Source of the DNA: an uncultured delta proteobacterium | GTDB taxonomy: Bacteria; Myxococcota; Myxococcia; Myxococcales; Myxococcaceae | Assembly: GCA_963713045.1 (NCBI GenBank) | Contig: CAVQKE010000004.1 | Location: 1,088,001 to 1,152,000, forward strand | Direction of reading: 5' to 3' | DNA: 64,000 nt | Made by a program: the position numbers and the translations under genes | In this document: positions 12,501 through 22,074 of the stretch, piece by piece | Layout: the number at the start of each line of letters is the position of its first letter | How positions within the stretch are numbered: the stretch's first letter is position 1 | Notes under the pieces: generated by a model | The model's database searches: none | What the model was told of the DNA's origin: nothing | Seen by the model: only the letters and a program-made list of their open reading frames with translations

Positions 12501-12916
12501 ATCGGCATCAGCGCTGCGGAGGCGAGCAGCCCATCGTCTCGGACATAGACGCTCGTATCCTGAGGCAAGAGCGCATCCATCCCGACGTTGACCCAGGCTT
12601 CCCGCAGCAGGTTGTGGTCCACCGAGAGGCTCGCCAATTCTTCCTCGGCGCTGCACCACAACGCGCCGGCCAACAGGCTGTTGATGCTTCCGGCAGAGGC
12701 TCCGGTGACCGCCAGAAGGTTGGGCACCCGCTGCGGCCCTCCCTCCGAGGTCGTGAATTTCCCCTTGGACAGACGCACCAGCGTCCAAGCCAGGCCCGAC
12801 TCGTACGTGCCCAGGCTGACCCCGCCACTCACCGTCAGAGTAAATGGGTCATCGGACTGGCCCAGCTCAGTCGGGCCCGAAGCGAGGAGGAGGAGAGCAA
12901 CCGCCGACGACAGCAT
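9536..12916 (-). CDS. Secreted patatin-like phospholipase
   Basis: Signal peptide; SGGVSLG oxyanion loop, GASAG nucleophile, DGG catalytic motif. Confidence 0.88.
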   Translation of the reverse strand: MLSSAVALLLLASGPTELGQSDDPFTLTVSGGVSLGTYESGLAWTLVRLSKGKFTTSEGGPQRVPNLLAVTGASAGSINSLLAGALWCSAEEELASLSVDHNLLREAWVNVGMDALLPQDTSVYVRDDGLLASAALMPIVNRIRERLFTPGGMRFEAGCRLPVGFTVTRVTPEKLDVSGLSLPVQRAVFPLLFEVDEAGQVRLHRQELSGRNATDSLLKLADSSDGSQTLTSPDTLMQALLASAAFPMAFGPRPLCECLVHCGEGAEVSGWSCPGPDAQHPLNGLTCSAYATAASGREMSLCQSYFVDGGVFDNAPVGLAVEQASAFARWRLLRPLTALFMDPDTRRLKPPAKQDPVEHTGRGISGSVDLFFTLVGTARQRQLTESVGSKQWNLTTRGLLWREAQLLTESASAQLHLMDLDGEPTEVAPPPVFRGPLKARIRLSRTLYSCLQRLGGDTAMGAPALQEACAAAAREIPGVDPLATDPVQLAKADTPLSDVELIRMADMLSAFAGQANPRLRMEEAVLRSRTATAAERLQVAGYDTARAEVSAAAVDLLTDELPRMTHGTLSEEALRRLRTTLLQYVAQARSRAEQINRLANALVVAQLRVLAAQNIPLRVGVAAAKALAELAELPDTQPFSVQALQPLLEALHAAKAEELAEAARLAWRRLERLVQLRARLGTLSAESVEAAQDATELEHETSGERRLVLTTRFSPLAGSQLADFGGFLDRPLREADYYIGVYDGLHEAAVHFCDLQDPYETARPAPVRKQDRTGELDLTQEDTQLCLGAAMGVAARWLGLFDSPKASVVVKTLARRELAAWLGSSAEAERLARTSGWSWLGAVPPVLNSQGSVGKVLEVLLSQPTACEQGAAEKLCFGELSFDGFMDGLVAQGYVPESDGMRTALESRRRWFTGTLKRAVDRAATVEIQLPSGESSGTEGMVNLSIGATELLTRAQSYETGVRFVLDPSTIPSEPLADGSYLPIVLAHLVPYRVAVDIVGGGLALSWIEPELWLARWFSLDSTIQLVDLQFSPSRTATTLGVRATGHLAGISLGVGPRWSVYWTGSNAYPWGLEVDVAFLQDRFGISLGFRSITPSGWQTPFLALTVADLNGALYWLIPAAWRSGR

Positions 12917-13096
12917 CCTGTGGGTTCACCTTCTCGAGCCGACGGCCGTTGGAGCGTCCGCGACTTCTACCGCATCCGCCGGCCCCGCTGGGCCGCAGTG
13001 TCACGCTATCGCCACCGCTATTCCCCAAAGCGTCACCGCAGCCGAGCGCTCCAGTCACGCCCAGGCCTCATCATCTGTTCAGGTTTCTGCGACGGC

Positions 13097-14314
13097 ATGC
13101 CCTCGGGTCGCATCCTCTACCTCGCTTTGGCCGATGCCCGCGGGCATCTGATGCGGGCTCATCTCTTGTCCCGCGCGCTGGCCGACGACTTCGACCTGCG
13201 GGTGGTGACGACGGCGGCCCAGGGCGTTCGCTTTCTGGCCAGCTTGGGGACTCCCTCCACGCTGCTCTCTGAGCATTTCCGGGTGGAATTCAATGCGCGC
13301 CATGACATGTCCCGCGCCAAGACGGACCGCCGCGTCCTGAATTACCTGCTGCTTCCGTGGCGCGGTCTGGCCGACTTGGGGCGCCTCGCGCTGCTGGCCC
13401 GCGGCTCAGACCTGGTCGTCAACGACTCGCTGCACCCCATCCTCCTCAGCGCGCCAGCGCTGGCCTTTCCCTTCCCGGTGGTGCAGGTCTACGGCGAGAA
13501 CCTGTGGCATGCCCTGGTCTCCAACTTGGAGGACCGGGCCGCTCCCTGGGCGGTCCACGCCTTCCGAAGGGCCCTCGAGGCCGTCCGCGACCGCTCCTTC
13601 GGACGCATCATCCACACGCTGGGTTTGTCCGGAGTGCCTCGTCCGCACTCGCCCCGCACTTACATCCTGCCTCCCATCGTCGCGCGCCCGACGCGCTCCC
13701 GGACGCAGGTGCGCGCTGACTTGGGCGTCCAGCAGGGAGTCCCGCTGGCGGCCGTCTACCTCAACCCCCACTTCCGCGAGCCCTCCATCGCCGCCGCAGT
13801 GGAGCGCGCACTGGGCCAGCGCGGCTTTCACCTGCACGGCGTCGGCGAAGGCTACGTCGGTCGCCCTGGCTGGGTCGGCACCGACGCCGCCTTCGGCGAC
13901 GTGGTCCACGCCGCGGACCTCTTCGTCTCCGGTGCCGGGATGGGAGCACTCGAACTGGCCCGCACTTCGGGGACACCGCTGCTGGTGCTGTTGGGCGACC
14001 AACCGGAACAGGAGCGCAACGTCGCCGACGCCAGCGACCGCTGCCCGTCGCTGCGACTGAGGGCCGTCCCGCTGGGCGGAGACCTCGCAGCAGCGGTGGC
14101 AGAAGCTGCCCAGGCGCTGGCCCCGGCCGGGGAGGCCCTCCCCACGCGGGCGCTGGCAGCGGCCACCGCGCACGCCACCCAAGCCGCCTGGCGTCAGGCC
14201 TTCGCGGAGTTGGTGGAGGCGGCACGCGCTCAGGCCGCGGCGCGCTTCCGTCGGCGGGTGCTGTCGCGGGTGCGGCCGCTGCTGGGCCCGGGGACGCCCT
14301 CCGGGGCGCGCTAG
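13097..14314 (+). CDS. GT-B fold glycosyltransferase-like protein
   Basis: From ATG 13097: RILYLALADARGHLMRA; C-terminal ADLFVSGAGMG..LELARTSGTP..QPEQERN resembles GT28-C. Confidence 0.65.
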   Translation: MPSGRILYLALADARGHLMRAHLLSRALADDFDLRVVTTAAQGVRFLASLGTPSTLLSEHFRVEFNARHDMSRAKTDRRVLNYLLLPWRGLADLGRLALLARGSDLVVNDSLHPILLSAPALAFPFPVVQVYGENLWHALVSNLEDRAAPWAVHAFRRALEAVRDRSFGRIIHTLGLSGVPRPHSPRTYILPPIVARPTRSRTQVRADLGVQQGVPLAAVYLNPHFREPSIAAAVERALGQRGFHLHGVGEGYVGRPGWVGTDAAFGDVVHAADLFVSGAGMGALELARTSGTPLLVLLGDQPEQERNVADASDRCPSLRLRAVPLGGDLAAAVAEAAQALAPAGEALPTRALAAATAHATQAAWRQAFAELVEAARAQAAARFRRRVLSRVRPLLGPGTPSGAR

Positions 14315-14784
14315 CCCGTCGCCTCGGGCCAAATGCGCACCAGCTGGCGCAGGTGCTCTTCCAACTCTCGGACCGGCAGCTTGGTGTAGTCCTTGGCCTG
14401 GCTGGCGCGGAGTTTTCCGACCAGCCCCCGAGTCAGGTTCTCCCGGAGGATTCCGAGAAACTTCGGCGGCGCGACCACCACCAGGTGGTGAAAGGCCCCT
14501 TCGGCCAGGCCCCGTTCCAGCATCCGCACCAATTCCTTGGCAAAGCGGTGTTGTGCTTCGTCGGATGGGTCCGCGCTTGGTTTCAGCGCTTCGTGGTGGG
14601 CAGAGGCATGCTTCGGGCGGTCGGCCACCTCGGGGAGGTCGCCACTCTCGTCGTGGGCGGCCCCGTCCGGGCGGCTGCGGATGGTGTGACGCAGCGTTCC
14701 CGGTAGCCCCGCGTCTTCCACAGAAAAAATTTGTCCCTGATGGGCGTCAGCCACCAACACCCAGGTGTTGCCTTGTCCTGTCAT
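14311..14784 (-). CDS. Host attachment protein family (AtsE-like)
   Basis: TWVLVAD, RFAKEL, LVVVAPPKFLGILR, KDYT motifs. Confidence 0.85.
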   Translation of the reverse strand: MTGQGNTWVLVADAHQGQIFSVEDAGLPGTLRHTIRSRPDGAAHDESGDLPEVADRPKHASAHHEALKPSADPSDEAQHRFAKELVRMLERGLAEGAFHHLVVVAPPKFLGILRENLTRGLVGKLRASQAKDYTKLPVRELEEHLRQLVRIWPEATG

Positions 14785-14857
14785 CAGGCCAGAAGCCTAA
14801 CCGCTCCGCCAAGGCTGCAAAGCGGAAACCCGCTGGCCGGAGGGCCCGCGGCCGGTG

Positions 14858-15025
14858 TCACCACCCCATCACTCCGCCGCCGCTGGTGCTCGCCGGCGGT
14901 TGGGACTCGGGCGTGGCCCCGGGGGATTTGGCGGCCGAGGCCGTGTTGCTGGTGGCGCAGCCGGGCGCGGCACCCAGCACGGCACCGCCCACCACCAGCA
15001 GGTGAAACAGTTTCTTGAAAAGCAT
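14858..15025 (-). CDS. Small 55-aa lipoprotein (absent from the ORF track)
   Basis: MLFKKLFHLLVVGGAVLGAAPGCATSNTASAAKSPGATPESQPPASTSGGGVMGW*; GAAGGAGG RBS. Confidence 0.75.
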   Translation of the reverse strand: MLFKKLFHLLVVGGAVLGAAPGCATSNTASAAKSPGATPESQPPASTSGGGVMGW

Positions 15026-15211
15026 CGCTTCCCTCCTTCAGGGACTCGGCCGTCAAAAGCCAAACAGCCCAGCACGTCACGTTGCGCCCGTCTAGGGCGG
15101 CCCGGGCCCCCCGCAAGTCGACCGCACCCGTTGGCCGCAACAAGCGGCCCCGCGGTCCGCCCGGTGGCCCGCTGTTACGCCGTCCAGGCGTGCCCGGCAC
15201 GGGGGCACGTT

Positions 15212-16372
15212 TTAGAAGCGTGCCCGAAAGCCGAGCGCAAAGGCCCCGGACAGGGTGGTTTGGGTGCCCGCGGCGGGCGGCAGGCCAACGGCGTCCGGCG
15301 GCTGAAGGTCCACCTGGAGGCTGCCCGTCACCCACACCTTCCAGGTCGCGTTGAAGGCCCACTGAATGCGCGCACCCACCACTTGGCTGGTGCCCAAGTC
15401 AGAGGCGTAAACGCCAAACTGGTACCACAACAGAAAGCTGAAGGGTCCCACCCGTTGGGTGAAGTCGGGGCGAATGGTGAAAAGGTACGGCGCAAGCGGG
15501 ACGCTTTGGCCGAGCGAGAAGTTGTGGAGCGCCGTTCGGCCCGAGGTGAGTGCGCTGTAGTAGCCGAACTCCGTGGGGTCCTGGCTGTAGAGGTAATACG
15601 CGGCGTGGAGGCCGACGTCCGTCGCGCCGTGGAGGGTGAGGCTGCCGCCGGCCGCCAAGCGCAATTCGTCCAGGGTGGCGGTGCCATGGGTGAGGAGCGG
15701 CTTGAGGGCTCGGCAGCGGCGGACTTCGGCCGGCACTTTGGTGTTGTCGCAGTACTCGGCAATGCGGGCGATGGTGGAAGCGCCCGTGTCCGTTTCGTTC
15801 TCCAGCTTTTCCAAGGTCTGGTCGACGGTGAGGGCCAGCCACCCCACATCGGCGTCCACGAAGAAGGCAGCCGCATCACCCAGCGGGTCGCCGATGAGGT
15901 AGTCCGCCGAGACGTCCACCCCGTAGCTGGAAGCCACCGTCTGCAGCAGGCCGTTTCTGTCCACCGTGCCACCATCGGGTCCAGGCAGGGTGATGTCGGT
16001 GTTGGCGCTTTGAGAACTCGGCGGCGAATAGACGCCGTCGACCGACAGGGTGAGGGCCTCGGTTGCGTCCCAATCGAGCCCCAGGGACAGGGCCACCACC
16101 GCCGTCGGCGTCCCCTCAAACGCGCCGCCGGTGGGCGCGGGCGTCCCAAATTCATAGGTGAACCCGACGGCCGAACGCAGGACGAAGCCATCGGACAAGT
16201 CAAAGTTGCCTTTGAGGAGGTCCGCCACGTCCCCGGCCCGAGGGTTACTGGGCGTCGTCTGGGTCAGCTGGGCGCCCACCTCGTTGGAGACGCTGCTCGC
16301 TTCGGCGCGCCCCAGCGCTCCGAGGAGCAGCAGCCAGCCCAAGCGGGGGAGACACCGTCGGCGAAGCGCCAC
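15212..16372 (-). CDS. Putative outer-membrane beta-barrel protein
   Basis: Signal peptide (LGWLLLLGALGRAEA), amphipathic beta strands, C-terminal ALGFRARF; start estimated at GTG 16372. Confidence 0.7.
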   Translation of the reverse strand: MALRRRCLPRLGWLLLLGALGRAEASSVSNEVGAQLTQTTPSNPRAGDVADLLKGNFDLSDGFVLRSAVGFTYEFGTPAPTGGAFEGTPTAVVALSLGLDWDATEALTLSVDGVYSPPSSQSANTDITLPGPDGGTVDRNGLLQTVASSYGVDVSADYLIGDPLGDAAAFFVDADVGWLALTVDQTLEKLENETDTGASTIARIAEYCDNTKVPAEVRRCRALKPLLTHGTATLDELRLAAGGSLTLHGATDVGLHAAYYLYSQDPTEFGYYSALTSGRTALHNFSLGQSVPLAPYLFTIRPDFTQRVGPFSFLLWYQFGVYASDLGTSQVVGARIQWAFNATWKVWVTGSLQVDLQPPDAVGLPPAAGTQTTLSGAFALGFRARF

Positions 16373-16761
16373 GCGCGCAGTCCGCGTCAACCTTCGCGCG
16401 TCTGTGGAGCGAGCCAACGGCCGCAAAGCATAGGCCGTCAGAAAGTCGCGCGCCGAGGGCCGCCGGTTCCTCGGACGGCCTGGTGCAGACTGACGCCCCG
16501 GGACTTCCGCCATCCGCCCTCTCGCCGAGCTGTCAACACCAGCCGCGCCGGAGAGTTTCGGCCCGAGGCGCACTTCCTTTGGGTTGTGGGAAGGCGCACC
16601 CGTTCGCCGAAGGGAAACCCGGGGCTACCCCCTTGCCGCGCGGCGAAGGCGTTGAAGCTGGCGGGGCCGCCTCCGCCCCCGGGGTCGGCCCTGAGGACTT
16701 TCACAAACCCCCACGTCGCTCGGGCGCCAACGTGCTGTGGCGCCCGAGACCGCGGGACCGC

Positions 16762-17592
16762 TTAGGTGGAGGTCGCGACGGTGAAGGTGTCGCAGGCCGA
16801 CCAGTCGAATTCGATTCCCTTTTGTGTATAGCCGTAGATGTTCAGGTTTCCGGTCTCATTGGCGCGGATTTCCAGCGTGCCGCCGGTGATGCCGCCGCCG
16901 CTGTCGCAGCTGGTGGCCCAGGTCATGTTGAGGAAGTCGATCCCCACCGTCCAGGCGAAGTTGCCGCTCTGGCCGCTGGCGCTGTAGTTCCCGCTGTTCT
17001 GGCTCAAGGCGGTGCCGCTGATGGTGCCCCCAGAGGAGGTGGAGGTGTAGTTGATGTCGCCCGTCCAGACGCCGTCCCAGTTGAAGGTCTCGCTGCTGGA
17101 GCTGTAGGAGACGGTGAAGGTGAGATTCCAGGTGACGTTGGTCGCCGTGGCGGTGAGCGTCCCATTGGCGGTGTAGGTGAAGCCGCTGCCGGAGTAGCTG
17201 CAGTTGTTGTAGGTGAGCGTTGTGCCAGTCTGCGTGTAGCAGCTGGTGCTCAGCTCTCCGCTCCGCTGCTTGAGGACGAGCTGCTTGGCAGCCTCCATTG
17301 CCGGGCTCCTCGGAGCTGCCATCGCGGCCGTGCCGAGAGTTTGCTCGCCAAGCGAGTCGGCCAGCTCCGGCGCGTTGGAGGCACTGGCCGCGTCGCCCGA
17401 AGAAGCTGAGACGACCACTTGGCCGACGTCGGTCGACGCGGTGCTGCCCGTCGACTGCTGTGTCGTGGTCGGCGCCTGCGGAGTGGAGTAACTGAAGGTG
17501 GTGAGCGCCGGAGAGTTGACGGTCCCGGGGCTACTGCTGCTGCTGCAGGCTGCAAGCACGCTGGCGGCGAGAATGGCAAGGCAACGTTTCAT
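16762..17592 (-). CDS. Ser/Thr-rich beta-strand lipoprotein
   Basis: MKRCLAILAASVLAAC lipobox; GAGGAAGGG RBS. Confidence 0.8.
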   Translation of the reverse strand: MKRCLAILAASVLAACSSSSSPGTVNSPALTTFSYSTPQAPTTTQQSTGSTASTDVGQVVVSASSGDAASASNAPELADSLGEQTLGTAAMAAPRSPAMEAAKQLVLKQRSGELSTSCYTQTGTTLTYNNCSYSGSGFTYTANGTLTATATNVTWNLTFTVSYSSSSETFNWDGVWTGDINYTSTSSGGTISGTALSQNSGNYSASGQSGNFAWTVGIDFLNMTWATSCDSGGGITGGTLEIRANETGNLNIYGYTQKGIEFDWSACDTFTVATST

Positions 17593-18136
17593 GAGAATCC
17601 CTTCCTCTTGTGTGAATGACGGAACTGCTGAAAGTTGCAGCCGCTGCTTCCTCATGAACGGGGCGCGCCGCGCGTCCAACGCGGGAAGCGTCCGCCCACA
17701 AGTCTCAACCCCACCGCGGCCCAACACCCATAGGAAAGCCGAAGGCGAGCAGTGACGCAAACTGTCGGCCCCTAAACCAACGGAGCGGGTCCGCACCGAC
17801 TGCAGGCGCCGCCCAGCGCAGCCAAGGGTGGGTGCCACAGGGCGGAAAGTTTCGTCCTGCAGTGCACCGCAGCCGACAAGCACTGACAACGGCTGGTCGC
17901 AAACCTTTGACACACCGTTCCCCACCCGACCGGACGGCAGGGCCCTGGCACCGCGGACCGTGGTGCACATGGTGCATTTCCGTTTTTCGTCACTCAGGAT
18001 TGCGCGCGCCGTCTGAATAAACGGCGGCGCCCGGCACGTCTGTGGCCGCGCACCGGGCAACTTGCCCGCCTTCTCATGACGTTCACCGGCTGCCCGCGGG
18101 GGGCGTCGGTTGCCCAGCGCTTTGACGAAAGGCACC

Positions 18137-19135
18137 ATGTCCCACCATTCCAAGAATCTCCTCGGTGTCGCCGCAGTCCTCAGCTTGGGCGGGCTGTTCG
18201 CCTTCGCCTGTTCGACTTCGACGTCCAGCGTTTCCGCGGCTCAGGCCTGCGCCGACGTGGCAGCCGCGCGCTGTCAAGTCGAGCAGCAGTGCGACCCCCA
18301 AGCCATCCTCACCGCCTATGGCGACTTGAGCACCTGCGAATCCACACAGTCTTCCACCTGTCTCTTGAATCTCGCCGCGCCGGACACTGCCAACACCCCG
18401 GCCCACACCGAGGGCTGCGCGCAGGCGACACCTACACAAAGCTGCGACGACTACGCCTTGGGCATCGTCCCCGCGGCCTGTAACCCACCGACCGGCCCCC
18501 GCGACGCCGGAAGCGACTGCGCCCTGTCGGGACAATGCAGCACCGCCTATTGCCTCGTCCCGAGGACGGCCACCTGCGGCACCTGCGCCGAAGCGCCGGG
18601 ACTGGGAACAAGCTGCTTCAACAACGCCTGCGGGCCAGGGTACCTGTGTGACAATCTCTCGTACCAGTGCGTCGCGCCGGTGGCCGCCGCCGGTGCCTGC
18701 AGCAACAGCAGCGTCTGCGGCCCGGGATTGACCTGCCTTGGCAACGGCGCCGACGGCGGCACCCTGGGCTCCTGTGTCGCCCTGGCCACCCTGGGCGGCA
18801 ACTGCGACCTGACGGATGGTGGAAGCCGATGCGACGGACGCTTTGGGCTGGACTGCAACACCGAGGCGGGGAAAGTCTGCGCCCAGGCGGCCACCGCCAC
18901 CGCGACGCAGCCCTGCGGCACCATCGACGGAGGCGCCGTTGACTGCGTCGCGGACTCCTTCTGCCAGAAGGCACCCAGCGACAAGGAAGGCACCTGCGTG
19001 GCGTCCTCGCCCCAGGGCGGCGCCTGCGACACGGCGAACGGCCCCGGCTGCACACCGCCCGCGCGGTGCGTGCTGGCCGACGCCGGCGTCACCGCAGGCA
19101 TCTGCCAAGCACCCAATTACCAGGCCTGCAACTAG
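18137..19135 (+). CDS. Cys-rich repeat lipoprotein
   Basis: FAFAC lipobox; repeated G..C......C..G..C.....C disulfide modules. Confidence 0.85.
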   Translation: MSHHSKNLLGVAAVLSLGGLFAFACSTSTSSVSAAQACADVAAARCQVEQQCDPQAILTAYGDLSTCESTQSSTCLLNLAAPDTANTPAHTEGCAQATPTQSCDDYALGIVPAACNPPTGPRDAGSDCALSGQCSTAYCLVPRTATCGTCAEAPGLGTSCFNNACGPGYLCDNLSYQCVAPVAAAGACSNSSVCGPGLTCLGNGADGGTLGSCVALATLGGNCDLTDGGSRCDGRFGLDCNTEAGKVCAQAATATATQPCGTIDGGAVDCVADSFCQKAPSDKEGTCVASSPQGGACDTANGPGCTPPARCVLADAGVTAGICQAPNYQACN

Positions 19136-19302
19136 TGTCGCTGGACAACGTCCCGGGGGGGGGCGGCGCCCGCCTTTCGCCCGCCCCAACGCGTCGTCGC
19201 CGACGCTGGCGGCGCGCAAGAGGCCTGCCGAAGCGCCGGGCGCCTGTAAACTAAACGCCCCCCGCGGGGTGCGTCATCAGCCGCGCGGACCAGGTGGCTC
19301 TC

Positions 19303-20175
19303 ATGGCAGAGGCAGCACTTCCGGACATCTCGGACACCGCGCGCTGGGTGGCCTATTACCGGGCGTTGGAGTCGGAGCGGCCCGACGCCCTCTTTCGAGA
19401 CCCCTTCGCCCGGCGGCTGGCCGGCGAGCGCGGCCGAGCCATTGCCGAAAGCATGCCGGGGGCGATGCGCGGCAACTCTTGGCCGATGGTTGTCCGCACC
19501 TATCTCATCGACGAATTGGTGCAGAAGTCCGTCGCCCAAGGGGCGGACCGGGTGCTCAACCTGGCGGCCGGCCTCGACACCCGTCCCTACCGTCTGCCGC
19601 TTCCCCCGGCCCTGGTCTGGGTGGAGGCGGACTTGCCCGCCCTCCTCCGGGAAAAGGAGAGGCTGTTGGCCGGCGAGCATCCGGCCTGCCAGCTGCGCCG
19701 GGTGCCCGTCGATTTGACACAACCCGCCGCACGCCGGGCCTTCCTGGAGGCGGCTCTGGAGGGATGCCGCCGAGCGCTCATCCTCACCGAAGGCCTCCTG
19801 GTTTACCTCGAGCCCGAGGAGGTGCGCGCCCTGGGGCGAGACTTCGCCGCGCAAAGCTCCGTTGCCTTCTGGATGTTGGACCTCCCCTCCCCAACCATCC
19901 TCAAGATGCTGCAGCGGCGGACGGCCTCACGTCTCGGTCCGGGTGCGCAAATGAAGTTTGGACCGGCGGAAGGCGTCGGCTTCTTCGAGGCCATCGGCTG
20001 GCAGCCCTTGGACGTCCGCTCTTACCTGACGGAGGCCGCGCGTTTGAAGCGCCTCCCTGCCCTGCTTCGCCTCGTTGCGCCCTTCTCGCACACCGACCCG
20101 CGCAACCCCGGCCGACGCCCATGGTCTGCCGTGGTGCGCTTGGGACGGCCAGCGCCAAATTCGCCGGGGGGTTGA
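19303..20175 (+). CDS. SAM-dependent methyltransferase (leucine carboxyl methyltransferase family)
   Basis: TARWVAYYRALE, DPFA, VLNLAAGLDTRPYRL, EGLLVYL. Confidence 0.9.
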   Translation: MAEAALPDISDTARWVAYYRALESERPDALFRDPFARRLAGERGRAIAESMPGAMRGNSWPMVVRTYLIDELVQKSVAQGADRVLNLAAGLDTRPYRLPLPPALVWVEADLPALLREKERLLAGEHPACQLRRVPVDLTQPAARRAFLEAALEGCRRALILTEGLLVYLEPEEVRALGRDFAAQSSVAFWMLDLPSPTILKMLQRRTASRLGPGAQMKFGPAEGVGFFEAIGWQPLDVRSYLTEAARLKRLPALLRLVAPFSHTDPRNPGRRPWSAVVRLGRPAPNSPGG

Positions 20176-20184
20176 GGGGCCGGC

Positions 20185-20724
20185 CTACCGCTGGAAGAGG
20201 AGCGTCGGCTGGCCCTTGAAGGTGGTGCGTTGAAATTCTCGGTAGCCGCACTTTTCGGCGACCCGGAGGGAGGCGAGATTTTCCGGGTGGATGAGGCACA
20301 CCGTCCTGGGCGTCCCGAGGTGCGTCGCTCCCCATTGCAGCGCGGCCGTCACCGCCTCGGTGGCAAAACCTTTCCCGTGCGCCCACCGGGCCAGTACCCA
20401 GCCGCATTCCGGCGCGGCGCCCAGCGGGGGCTGGAGGTCCCGCTTGAATTCGCCCAGCCCAGCCTCGCCAACAAACTGCCCGCTCGACTTCTCCTGAATG
20501 GCCCAGAAGCCATAGCCGAGCAGCGCCCAGTGGCCGACGTAGCGCAAAAGGCGCGTCCACACCTCGTCGCGCAAAAAGGGCTTGCCCCCAATGTAGCGGG
20601 TGACTTCCGCGTCGCCCCACATCGCATTGCAGGCATCGAGGTCCGTCAAACGGTGGCCTCGAAGGATGAGACGCGGCGTCTCGAGGCTGGGGACAGCGGT
20701 CGAGGTGTCGAAGAGGCCAACCAT
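20185..20724 (-). CDS. GNAT N-acetyltransferase (RimJ/RimL type)
   Basis: LETPRLILR, GKGFATEA, NLASLRVAEKCG. Confidence 0.92.
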   Translation of the reverse strand: MVGLFDTSTAVPSLETPRLILRGHRLTDLDACNAMWGDAEVTRYIGGKPFLRDEVWTRLLRYVGHWALLGYGFWAIQEKSSGQFVGEAGLGEFKRDLQPPLGAAPECGWVLARWAHGKGFATEAVTAALQWGATHLGTPRTVCLIHPENLASLRVAEKCGYREFQRTTFKGQPTLLFQR

Positions 20725-20798
20725 GGAGGACAGACGGCTGGCCTAGCAGGCTACGGGCTTCTGGGAATAGACGAAACGCCCCCGGCATTGAAACCTGC

Positions 20799-20840
20799 TT
20801 GACGACATCATAGGTTCTATATAGATTCTATTTAAGTTCC
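20799..20840 (+). promoter_or_regulatory. sigma70-type promoter with overlapping direct-repeat operator, upstream of the relaxase
   Basis: TTGACG-N17-TAGATT; TCTATAT-agat-TCTATTT-AAGTTCC at 20816-20840; AT-rich island. Confidence 0.7.
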
Positions 20841-20859
20841 ATTTGGAAAGAAGGCTTCC

Positions 20860-22074
20860 ATGGACCAAGTCGTCCAGCGTGAGGTCCAGAGCACCCAGCC
20901 AGCGTCGCGGCCCATCCCGGTCGAGGCCCAGGCGGCTCCCGGCGCCGGACGGCGGCCCGCTGGGGCCCACAGCGGAGCCCGCCGCCTTCAGCCCAGCGAC
21001 CGCGGGCTATTGGCACTTCTTGGGCTGTGCCGCTTCCTCACCGCGGGCCAGGTGGTCGCGCTCGCCGCCAATGGCCGCACCGACAAAGCGGTCGCCCAGC
21101 GCCTTCGTCGGCTGGCGGGAGAAAGCCGGCCCCGGGGGTGCGGCCCCCTGCCGGCGCTGCTGCGCCCGCTGCCCTACCGCTCCTACACCGGTGAGGCGAT
21201 GCGGCTGTGGGGTCTCACCGCCGCCGGCGCCACCGCAGCGTCGGTTGAGCTTGCCCGTGAGCTCCATCCTGTCCGCTCCGACGTCGGTGCCTTCTTCGCC
21301 GAGCACTTCGTCTGCCTGACGGACCTCTTCGTCCAGTTGGCACGTCCCTACCTGGCGGCCGGCGTCCTCCCGCGGGCCTTGCCCTTCCGCTGGAACGTCG
21401 CGGAGGACGTGGAACTGCCCTGGCAGGACAGCGATGGGGGCGGAGGCGCGAAGGCGCGCATCATTCGACCGGACGCCGTCCTGGAGGTGCCCGGTGCCGA
21501 GCGACGCTTCTTCATCGAGTGCGAGACGGGAACCCATACCCTCACGCCGCGGAGCCCCGACAAGCCGCAGGCCACCGTGCGGAAGCTGGAGCGTTACGAC
21601 GCTTACGTCTCGGGCTTTGCCGAGGTGCCAAGCCGCCTCACCCACTACCGGCGAAAATACCCAGACGGCTGGCCCTGCGAAGTCCTCTTCCTCGTGCCCA
21701 GTGAAGGGCGTCAGCACGCCACCGAGGCGGCCCTGGCAGCGTGTCTAGAAGCCCTCGCCGGCAGCCGCCTGACCGCGCACGCCTTTACACTGGAGCAGGC
21801 CGCCGCCCACTGCGCTGCCCACCTGCCCTTCGCGGGCGCCGCACCACCCCAGCCCCTTCCGGCCCCCTTCTACGGCGAGGCCGAGCATGGCGCCGTCCGG
21901 GACTACGTCCTCGAGATGACCGCCGCGCTGGCGGAGGCCAACACCCGGCTGCTCCGCCACGGCCTGCACTCCGTCCCGGGGCCCATTTCCAAAGCAGGCA
22001 TGCTGGACTTCCTGCGCAAGGCCCAAGCCGAGATGCAGCGACTGCGGCGCGCTGCAGCAGCGTCACATGTCTAG
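20860..22074 (+). CDS. Replication-relaxation (Replic_Relax/MOBC-like) relaxase
   Basis: N-terminal wHTH-like region (DRGLLALLGLCRFLTAGQV..RLRRL), conserved His, RPDA-x-FIECETGT..KLERY PD-(D/E)xK-like core; overlaps the T4CP gene. Confidence 0.82.
   Translation: MDQVVQREVQSTQPASRPIPVEAQAAPGAGRRPAGAHSGARRLQPSDRGLLALLGLCRFLTAGQVVALAANGRTDKAVAQRLRRLAGESRPRGCGPLPALLRPLPYRSYTGEAMRLWGLTAAGATAASVELARELHPVRSDVGAFFAEHFVCLTDLFVQLARPYLAAGVLPRALPFRWNVAEDVELPWQDSDGGGGAKARIIRPDAVLEVPGAERRFFIECETGTHTLTPRSPDKPQATVRKLERYDAYVSGFAEVPSRLTHYRRKYPDGWPCEVLFLVPSEGRQHATEAALAACLEALAGSRLTAHAFTLEQAAAHCAAHLPFAGAAPPQPLPAPFYGEAEHGAVRDYVLEMTAALAEANTRLLRHGLHSVPGPISKAGMLDFLRKAQAEMQRLRRAAAASHV

Noticed and set aside
12077..13096. 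N-terminal extension of the 745-aa ORF
   Set aside because: It is antisense to the patatin gene; the real glycosyltransferase-like gene starts at 13097
16581..16710. Imperfect terminal inverted repeat (GGGTTGTGGGAAG...CTTTCACAAACCC) suggesting a MITE or ncRNA
   Set aside because: Single copy, mismatched arms, and GC-rich DNA forms such pairings easily
17725..17815. GACGCAAA...CCTAAACC resembling a c-di-GMP-I (GEMM) riboswitch
   Set aside because: The upstream GGCAAACC/GNRA stem and the closing pairing are not convincingly present, and it lies over 300 nt from the next start; needs Infernal RF01051
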